Below, in pieces: positions 1 through 6,322 of a stretch of 17,758 nucleotides of DNA. The notes beneath the pieces were generated by a model. It was not told where the DNA came from and ran no database searches. It saw only the letters and a list, made by a program, of their open reading frames with translations. How positions within the stretch are numbered: the stretch's first letter is position 1; each line of letters begins with the position of its first letter. The position numbers and the translations under genes are program-made. This DNA comes from Candidatus Methylomirabilia bacterium (GTDB taxonomy: Bacteria > Methylomirabilota > Methylomirabilia > Rokubacteriales > CSP1-6), in the NCBI GenBank assembly GCA_041497895.1, contig JBGQHJ010000101.1, positions 1 to 17,758 on the forward strand, read 5' to 3'.

Positions 1-1
1 G

Positions 2-598
2 AAGGTGGTGGACCCCGAGGTGGCGAGCGCGTGCGAGCGGGCGGCCCGGCGCTTCCGCGAGCTGGGCTGCCGCGTCGAGGAGGTCACGCCCAAGTGGCCG
101 AGCCCGCACGCCGCGTGGAGGACCATGTTCCTCGGCGGCATTGCGGCCCGGCTCGGACCCGCCCTGCGCGACCGCCGAGACGACATCGATCCGGGCCTGC
201 TGGCCATCGCGGACGAGACCCGCGGCTGGAGCCCCACCCAGTTCGTCCAGGCCTGGTTCGACCGGCTGGCCTGGGAGGAGCACCCGCGGCGGCTCTTCGA
301 GCGCTACGATCTGCTGCTCACGCCGACCATCGCGTGCGCGGCATTCAAGGTGGGGCAGGACGGGCCGCCCGAGATCGCGGGCATCCCGACCGGCGTCTAC
401 GACTGGATCCCGTTCACCTATCCGTTCAACATGACCGGCCATCCCGGGGCCTCGGTGCCCTGCGGCTTCACGCGGGAGAAGCTGCCCATTGGCCTGCAGA
501 TCATGGGGCGACGCTTCGAGGACGCCACCGTGCTGCGCGCTTCCGCCGCGTTCGAGAAGCTCGCACCCTGGGCGCACCTGCGGCCCCCGCTCGACTGA
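2..598 (+). CDS. Amidase signature-family protein (GatA/amidase-like), C-terminal part; 5' end lies outside the window
   Basis: Frame is open from the window edge. Typical amidase C-terminal motifs YDLLLTPT, FTYPFNMTGHPGASVPCG and LPIGLQIMGRRFEDATVLR. Stop TGA at 596-598. Confidence 0.85.
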   Translation, partial: KVVDPEVASACERAARRFRELGCRVEEVTPKWPSPHAAWRTMFLGGIAARLGPALRDRRDDIDPGLLAIADETRGWSPTQFVQAWFDRLAWEEHPRRLFERYDLLLTPTIACAAFKVGQDGPPEIAGIPTGVYDWIPFTYPFNMTGHPGASVPCGFTREKLPIGLQIMGRRFEDATVLRASAAFEKLAPWAHLRPPLD

Positions 599-700
599 GC
601 CGCCCGCCCGGGCCTGCTCCCGGGCGATACGCGTCGCCCTCCGGACGCGTCTCGAAGAGCAGGCATTGTGCGGCCGGGCTCCATCGGCCACGCTCCGGAC

Positions 701-1243
701 GTGCGCCACGCGCCCGCCGGCTACTCGCTGGTCGACCTGCTCGTCGCCTTGGCCGTCGGCGGGGGCCTCATGGCCTCGACCTTGACGCTGCTCCACCTGG
801 GGCTCCGCGCCTGGGTGTGGGGCGCGGCACGCGTCGAGGCCCAGCAGTCGGCGCGCTACGCGCTCGAGCGGATGGCCGGCGAGCTCCGCGAGGCCGGCTA
901 CGATCCCACCGTCGCCGGCATCGCGCCGGTGGTGCTGGCCGAGCCCACGCGCGTCGTCTTCCAGCGCGATCTCAACGGCAACGGGGTGGTGGACCCGACG
1001 CGCGAGCGGGTCACCTACCTGCTGCGGCCGGGGGAGACGATCCTGCGCCGCGACGCGGGTGGGGGAGCGCAGCCGGTCGTCGAGGGCGTGCGGGGATTCC
1101 GGCTCACCTATCTCGCCCGCGCGGGCGAGCCGACCACCGATCCCGCCGCGGTGACCGCGGTGCGGATCCGGCTCGAGATCGGCGGGAACGACGCGGGCGT
1201 CGTCATGGAGACGCAGGCCACGCTCCGGAACCTGCTCTGGTAG
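701..1243 (+). CDS. Prepilin-type N-terminal cleavage/methylation domain protein (PilW-like minor type IV pilin/pseudopilin)
   Basis: Class III signal-like AG|YSLVDLLVALAVGGGLM, a hydrophobic helix, then QQSARYALERMAGELREAGY typical of PilW-like pilins, and a C-terminal LRN. Start is uncertain: GTG 701 gives a short MRHAPAG leader; the ORF track uses GTG 668. Confidence 0.75.
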   Translation: MRHAPAGYSLVDLLVALAVGGGLMASTLTLLHLGLRAWVWGAARVEAQQSARYALERMAGELREAGYDPTVAGIAPVVLAEPTRVVFQRDLNGNGVVDPTRERVTYLLRPGETILRRDAGGGAQPVVEGVRGFRLTYLARAGEPTTDPAAVTAVRIRLEIGGNDAGVVMETQATLRNLLW

Positions 1244-1246
1244 AAT
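1238..1246 (+). promoter_or_regulatory. Putative extended -10 promoter (TGn-TAGAAT) for a leaderless M48 peptidase transcript
   Basis: TG-G-TAGAAT lies 6 nt upstream of GTG 1253, with no Shine-Dalgarno sequence in between. Confidence 0.5.
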
Positions 1247-1252
1247 GCGCCC

Positions 1253-2032
1253 GTGCCCCGCCACCATCGCTCGCTGATCCTGCTGCTGATCGCGCTCACC
1301 CTCGCCCCGCTCGGCTGCGAGACGGTGCCCTACACGGGCCGCCGGCAGATCCAGCTCGTCTCGCCGGACGAGGAGACGAAGATGGGCGTGCAGTCCTACC
1401 AGGAGATCACGAGCAAGGCCCCTCTCTCGACCGACGGCCAGAGCAACGCGATGGTCCAGCGGGTGGGCAGCCGCATCGCCGCGGTCACCGGCCTCAAGGA
1501 GCAGTGGGAGTTCAAGCTCATCGCCGACGACAAGCAGGCCAATGCCTTCGCGCTCCCGGGCGGGAAGGTGGCGGTCTACACCGGCATCCTGCCGATCACG
1601 CACGACGAGGCCGGCCTGGCCGCCGTCCTGGGCCACGAGATCGGCCACGTCCTGGCGCGCCACGGCGGCGAGCGGCTCAGCCAGCAGATGGGGGTGCAGA
1701 CCGCGACCCAGCTCCTGGCCGGCCTGGCGAGCAGCAACCCGGCCACCGTGCAGCTGGTGAGCGCGGCGCTCGGCGCGGGGGCCCAGGTGGGCGTGCTGCT
1801 GCCGTGGAGCCGCCAGCAGGAGTCGGAGGCCGATCATATTGGCCTCATCCTGATGGCCAAGGCCGGCTACGACCCGCACGCGTCGCTCGAGCTGTGGAAG
1901 CGGATGGCCGAGGCGGCCAAGGGACAGCGGCCGTCCCAGTGGCTGTCGACGCACCCCTCCGAGGCCACCCGCATCGACCAGATCCAGGCCTGGCTGCCCG
2001 AGGCCCTGCAGTACTACCACCCGGCCCGCTAG
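1253..2032 (+). CDS. M48-family zinc metallopeptidase, probable lipoprotein (Oma1/LoiP-like)
   Basis: Signal peptide with lipobox-like APLG-C22. Motifs NAFALPGGKVAVYTG, HEIGH (HExxH), SRQQESEAD, MAKAGYDP and WLSTHP. Confidence 0.9.
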   Translation: MPRHHRSLILLLIALTLAPLGCETVPYTGRRQIQLVSPDEETKMGVQSYQEITSKAPLSTDGQSNAMVQRVGSRIAAVTGLKEQWEFKLIADDKQANAFALPGGKVAVYTGILPITHDEAGLAAVLGHEIGHVLARHGGERLSQQMGVQTATQLLAGLASSNPATVQLVSAALGAGAQVGVLLPWSRQQESEADHIGLILMAKAGYDPHASLELWKRMAEAAKGQRPSQWLSTHPSEATRIDQIQAWLPEALQYYHPAR

Positions 2033-2152
2033 GGTCGGCCCACCCCGCCCCACCCCGGCTCCCGGCCTACCCGCTGTAGGCCTGGCGCAAGCCACCCCCA
2101 ACCGGTGGCCTCCCAGGCGCAACGGAATGGCTTGAAAATCCGGAGTTTTCGC

Positions 2153-2182
2153 TTGACACCCCCAATCGACCCCCACTAGGAT
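2153..2182 (+). promoter_or_regulatory. Sigma70-type promoter of the dcw operon (Pmra)
   Basis: Perfect -35 TTGACA at 2153-2158, 18-nt spacer, -10 TAGGAT at 2177-2182, in a locally AT-richer stretch upstream of mraZ. Confidence 0.7.
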
Positions 2183-2190
2183 GGTCCCTC

Positions 2191-2220
2191 GAAGTGGGAT
2201 GAAATCCCATGAAGTGCCAT
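2191..2220 (+). promoter_or_regulatory. Putative MraZ operator (three 10-bp periodic direct repeats)
   Basis: GAAGTGGGAT / GAAATCCCAT / GAAGTGCCAT just downstream of the -10. MraZ is known to bind GTGG/TGGG-type boxes repeated at about 10-bp period upstream of its own gene. Confidence 0.7.
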
Positions 2221-2263
2221 TGACAGGTAGTTCGGGGCTAAATCGAGGCCCCCGAGGGGGACA

Positions 2264-2704
2264 GTGTTTCGGGGACATTTCAGGCACACGATCGACCCGA
2301 AGGGGCGGCTCAGCATCCCGGCGAAGTTCCGCGAGGTGCTGCGCGAGGCCGGCAGTGATCGGCTCGTGATGGCGCCCAACGGGACCGGCCTCGACGTGTA
2401 CCCCGAGGACAAGTGGCGTGAGCTCGAGGAGCGCGTGAACGGGCTCGCCAAGCTCGATCCGGATCGGCGCCGCTTCCAGCACGTGTATCTCTCCGCCGGT
2501 CTCGACGTGGTGCTCGATCCGCACGGGCGCATCCAGATCCTGCAGGACTACCGCGAGCGCGGCGGCCTCTCGAAGAACGTGGTGATCATCGGGATGATGG
2601 ATCACTTCGAGATCTGGGACGACGATCGCTGGGCGATCTACCAGCGCGAGCAGGCCGGTCCGTTCGACGATCTGCGCGCCCGCCTCGCCGAGAAGGGAAT
2701 CTAG
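2264..2704 (+). CDS. mraZ: Division/cell wall cluster transcriptional repressor MraZ
   Basis: MFRG...IDPKGRLSIPAKFR and the second repeat LDPHGRIQI...VVIIG..DHFEIWD. 146 aa, GTG start after GAGGGGG SD, first gene of the cluster. Confidence 0.97.
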   Translation: MFRGHFRHTIDPKGRLSIPAKFREVLREAGSDRLVMAPNGTGLDVYPEDKWRELEERVNGLAKLDPDRRRFQHVYLSAGLDVVLDPHGRIQILQDYRERGGLSKNVVIIGMMDHFEIWDDDRWAIYQREQAGPFDDLRARLAEKGI

Positions 2705-3784
2705 ATGCGCCGCGAACGGCACGACCGCGCGATGCACAAACGACATGACCGCAAAATTCTTGAACGACATGACGGCGAGGCAGTGGCAGGGCGAGGCGCA
2801 GCCGAAGGCGAGCCGAGCGCATTTCAAAGAGAAGCTTCCGGTGTCAGCCGGAGTGAGCCCGAACACGTAACCGGGAGCGATGCAGGAGCCGAACACGCCC
2901 ACGTACCGGTGCTCTCCGACGAAGTGACGTTCCTCTTGCGCCCCCGCCGCGGGGGCTGGGTGGTGGACGGGACGATCGGCATGGGCGGCCACGCAGAGCA
3001 GCTGCTCGAGACCGCGGGTGGCGACACGCGCCTGCTCGGCATCGACCGCGATCCCGAGGCGCTCGCGCGCGCCGCGCGAAGGCTCGCGCGCTTCGGCGCG
3101 CGCGTGGTGCTCCAGCACGGCAGCTTCCGCCACATCGGCGCGCTCGCGAGCGGCGCGGGAGTCGAGCGCGCCGCCGCGGTGCTCCTCGATCTCGGCCTCT
3201 CGTCCTACCAGCTCGACGAGTCGGGTCGCGGGTTCTCCTTCCAGGGCGAGGAGCCGCTCGACATGCGCTTCGACCCGACCGGGGGCGTGACCGCGGCCGA
3301 GCTGCTGGGGCGCCTCTCGGCGGAGGAGATCGCGCACCTGCTCGCGGAGATGGGCGAGGAGCGGCACGCCCGGCGAATCGCGCGCGTGCTGGTCGAGCAG
3401 CGCCGGCGCGCCCCGCTGCGCACCGCCGCCGACCTGGTCTCGGTGGTCAAGCGCGCGGTCCCGCGCGCCGCCTGGTCCAAGCGTACTCACGTGGCCACCC
3501 GCACCTTCCAGGCGGTGCGAATGGCCGTCAACGACGAGTCCGGCGCCCTCGCCGAGGCGCTGCCGCAGGCGGCCGCGCTCCTCGAGGACGGCGGCCGGCT
3601 CGGCGTCATCTCCTTCCACTCCGGTGAGGACCGGGTGGTCAAGCGCGCGTTCCGCTCGCTGGCGGGTCGAGGCTTCGTCGAGCTCGAGCCCACTCCGGTG
3701 ACCGCGGGCCGCGAGGAGACGGCGTACAACCCGCGGGCCCGCAGCGCCAAGCTGCGCGTGCTCGCGCGGCAGGAGGCAGCATGA
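2705..3784 (+). CDS. rsmH: 16S rRNA (cytosine1402-N4)-methyltransferase RsmH (MraW), with N-terminal extension
   Basis: Motifs HVPVL, VDGTIGMGGHA, IDRD, DLGLSSYQLD, RGFSF, PLDMR, ISFHSGEDRVVK and NPRARSAKLR. Start is uncertain (ATG 2705, ATG 2732 or GTG 2783). Confidence 0.96.
   Translation: MRRERHDRAMHKRHDRKILERHDGEAVAGRGAAEGEPSAFQREASGVSRSEPEHVTGSDAGAEHAHVPVLSDEVTFLLRPRRGGWVVDGTIGMGGHAEQLLETAGGDTRLLGIDRDPEALARAARRLARFGARVVLQHGSFRHIGALASGAGVERAAAVLLDLGLSSYQLDESGRGFSFQGEEPLDMRFDPTGGVTAAELLGRLSAEEIAHLLAEMGEERHARRIARVLVEQRRRAPLRTAADLVSVVKRAVPRAAWSKRTHVATRTFQAVRMAVNDESGALAEALPQAAALLEDGGRLGVISFHSGEDRVVKRAFRSLAGRGFVELEPTPVTAGREETAYNPRARSAKLRVLARQEAA
2714..2776 (+). repeat. Three 15-nt imperfect direct repeats at an exact 24-nt period in the rsmH 5' extension
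   Basis: GAACGGCACGACCGC (2714), AAACGACATGACCGC (2738) and GAACGACATGACGGC (2762), encoding ERHDR / KRHDR / ERHDG. Confidence 0.75.
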
Positions 3785-4245
3785 GCAGTCGAGTCGCGAC
3801 GTCGCGCGCACCGCAATCACACTGGGGTTCCCAGCATCGCGCCCGCCAGCACGAAGCGGTGCGGCGTCATCGCGTCAGCGATCGGCGCCGGCTCCGCTCC
3901 ATGGCCGCGGCGGTGCTGGGCGCGGGGCTCGCGGTGCTGATCGTGCTGGGGGTGGTGGGCCTGCGCGTGCAGCAGGTGCGCCTGTCCTATCGTCTCGACG
4001 CGCTCCGGCAGAGCCGCGCCGAGCTCGAGGAGACCAACCGGCGGCTGCGGGTCGAGATGGCCACGCTCAAGTCGCTCTCGCGCATCGAGGGCAAGGCCCG
4101 CGCCGAGCTCGGCATGGTGGCCCCGGGCCGCGACCAGGTGCGGCTCGCGCGCGAGTTCGTCCAGTCCGGCGGGGGCTCCGCCGCCCTCGACCGGCGCGCG
4201 GTGGTGGCCGATCGCTGGGTGTCCCGGAGCGTCGGGGTCCAATAG
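3781..4245 (+). CDS. ftsL: Cell division protein FtsL
   Basis: Lies between rsmH and ftsI, with an ATGA overlap with rsmH. Basic cytoplasmic N-terminus, single TM helix, leucine-zipper-like coiled coil ending in SRIEGKARAELGM. Confidence 0.88.
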   Translation: MSSRVATSRAPQSHWGSQHRARQHEAVRRHRVSDRRRLRSMAAAVLGAGLAVLIVLGVVGLRVQQVRLSYRLDALRQSRAELEETNRRLRVEMATLKSLSRIEGKARAELGMVAPGRDQVRLAREFVQSGGGSAALDRRAVVADRWVSRSVGVQ

Positions 4246-4254
4246 CGTGACTCC

Positions 4255-6318
4255 ATGACCGAGCTGCGGGCCGAGGGCCTTCGAAGCCGGACGCTGATCT
4301 TCGCGGCGTGCCTGGCCTGCGCCTTCGTCATCCTGCTCGGGCGGCTGACGTATCTCCAGATCCTCAAGCACGACGAGTACGCGCGGCTGGCCGAGAACCA
4401 GCACGCCAAGACGGTGCCGCTCCGCCCCAAGCGCGGCCCGATCCTGGACCGCACCGGGCAGGCCCTCGCGGTCTCCTCGCGCGCCGACACCCTCTACGTC
4501 ACACCCTCCAAGGTCGAGGACGCCCCGCGCCTGGCCGCGCGCCTCGCGGTGATCCTGGGCGAGCCGGCCCGCGACGTGGCCCGCCGGCTCACGGTGGCGA
4601 AGAAGTTCGCGCCGGTGCGGCGCCGCCTCACCCCCGACATGGCGCGTGCGGTCCGCGATCTCAAGGATCCCTCGCTCGCCCTGGTGGAGGACAGCCTGCG
4701 CCTGTACCCGAATCGCGAGCTGGCCGCCCAGCTCATCGGCTTCGAGGGCGCCGAGGGCAAGGGGCTCGCCGGCATCGAGCAGACCTGGGACGCGCACCTG
4801 GCCGGGGTCGAGGGGCGCGCGGTGGTGGAGCGCGACGCGCTCGGCCGCGAGGTCACCGGCGCCCCGATCGTGCTCAAGCCGTCGGTCGCGGGGCAGGGGA
4901 TCGTGCTCACGATCGACGCCACCATCCAGTACCTGGCCGAGAAGGAAGTGGACGCGGCGTGGCGGCGCACCCGGGCCAAGTCCGCGATGGCGGTGGCGAT
5001 GGACCCGCGTACCGGCGAGATCCTCGCGATGGCGATCCGCCCGACCTACAACCCCAACGCCTTCGGCGCCGCCACCGACGACGACCGTCGCGCCCGCGCG
5101 GTGACCGATCCGTTCGAGCCCGGCTCGACCTTCAAGGTGATCATGGCCGCCTCCGCGCTGGAGGAGGGCGTCGTGCACCCGACCGACCGGATCTACGGGG
5201 AGAACGGCGCGATCACGGTGGCGAACGCGACGATCCACGACTGGAAGAAGTACGGCTGGCTCACCTTCACCGAGGTGCTCCAGAACTCCTCCAACGTCGG
5301 CTCGATCAAGGTCGGGATGATGCTGGGCAAGGAGCGCTACTACAAGTACATCACCGGGTTCGGCTTCGGCGCCTCGACCAACCTGGGGCTCCCCGGCGAG
5401 AGCCGCGGGCAGCTCCGCCCGCCCGGCCAGTGGTCGGGCCTGTCGCTGGCCACCATGTCGATCGGCCAGGAGATCTCGGTGACCGCGGTCCAGATGGTCG
5501 CCGCGTTCTCCGCGGTCGCCAACGGCGGCCGCCTCATGCAGCCGCAGATCATCCGCGCGGTCCTCGACGCGCAGGGGCGCGAGGTCCGCTCGTTCGAGCC
5601 CACCGCGGTCCGGCAGGTGATCAGCCCGGAGACCGCGCGCACCCTCACCGAGATGATGGTGAACGTGGTGCGCAACGGCACCGGCCACAACGCGGCCATC
5701 CCCGGCTACGACGTGGCGGGCAAGACCGGCACCGCCCAGAAGATGGACCCGGCCACCCGGCGCTACTCGCGCGCCCCCGGCGTGCTCTCGTTCGTGGGCT
5801 TCGTGCCCGCCGACGATCCGCGCCTGGCCATGATCGTGCTGCTCGACGAGCCCAAGAACGAGAAGTGGGGCAGCGAGGCGGCCGCGCCGATCTTCTCCGC
5901 GATCGGCCGCGAGGTCCTGCGTTACCTGAACGTGGCGCCCCGCGACTCGAGCCCGGTGCCGATCGTGCGCGGAGAGATGGCGAGCGCCGCCCCTTCGCCC
6001 ACGCGGACCGGCACCGGAGCCGGTGGGCCCTCCGCGCTCGACGTGGCGGCAGTGCCCGCCGGCGTCGCCGAGGCCGCGCCTGTGCCGGCGCCCGCCGCGG
6101 ATCCGGTGATGCCGCGCCTCGCCGGCCTGTCGCTCCGCCAGGCCATGGAGACCCTGGCGCCCCACGGCGTCCGCCTCGAGATCACCGGCCGCGGGGTGGT
6201 GACGAGCCAGCTCCCGCTGCCCGGCGCGCCGCTGCCCCCCGGAACGGTCTGCCGGCTGCAGCTGGCGCCCGCGGCCGGCCGGCCGAGCGCCGCCCTCGCG
6301 GTGAGCCTCCAGCGCTGA
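4255..6318 (+). CDS. ftsI: Class B penicillin-binding protein FtsI (PBP3) with C-terminal PASTA-like domain
   Basis: N-terminal TM, RGPILDRTG, RLYP and GLAGIE motifs. Transpeptidase motifs EPGSTFK (SxxK), SSN (SxN) and KTGT. Ala/Pro-rich linker followed by PASTA-like VMPRLAGLSLRQA...VTSQLPLPG. Confidence 0.95.
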   Translation: MTELRAEGLRSRTLIFAACLACAFVILLGRLTYLQILKHDEYARLAENQHAKTVPLRPKRGPILDRTGQALAVSSRADTLYVTPSKVEDAPRLAARLAVILGEPARDVARRLTVAKKFAPVRRRLTPDMARAVRDLKDPSLALVEDSLRLYPNRELAAQLIGFEGAEGKGLAGIEQTWDAHLAGVEGRAVVERDALGREVTGAPIVLKPSVAGQGIVLTIDATIQYLAEKEVDAAWRRTRAKSAMAVAMDPRTGEILAMAIRPTYNPNAFGAATDDDRRARAVTDPFEPGSTFKVIMAASALEEGVVHPTDRIYGENGAITVANATIHDWKKYGWLTFTEVLQNSSNVGSIKVGMMLGKERYYKYITGFGFGASTNLGLPGESRGQLRPPGQWSGLSLATMSIGQEISVTAVQMVAAFSAVANGGRLMQPQIIRAVLDAQGREVRSFEPTAVRQVISPETARTLTEMMVNVVRNGTGHNAAIPGYDVAGKTGTAQKMDPATRRYSRAPGVLSFVGFVPADDPRLAMIVLLDEPKNEKWGSEAAAPIFSAIGREVLRYLNVAPRDSSPVPIVRGEMASAAPSPTRTGTGAGGPSALDVAAVPAGVAEAAPVPAPAADPVMPRLAGLSLRQAMETLAPHGVRLEITGRGVVTSQLPLPGAPLPPGTVCRLQLAPAAGRPSAALAVSLQR

Positions 6319-6322
6319 GGAC

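Noticed and set aside
600..700. Sigma54 promoter or c-di-GMP riboswitch upstream of the pilin gene
   Set aside because: No TGGCAC-N5-TTGC match and no GEMM-type conserved motifs are recognisable by eye.
31..2079. 682-aa + strand ORF overlapping the amidase, pilin and M48 genes
   Set aside because: Arg/Pro/Gly/Ala-rich shadow frame with no motifs; stop codons are scarce at this GC content.
2220..2244. Second TTGACA as an additional promoter
   Set aside because: No acceptable -10 at 16-19 nt spacing; TAAATC is only 13 nt away.
2714..2776. Possible mini-CRISPR array
   Set aside because: Repeats of 15 nt with 9-nt spacers are far too short, lie in frame in a CDS, and no cas genes are present.
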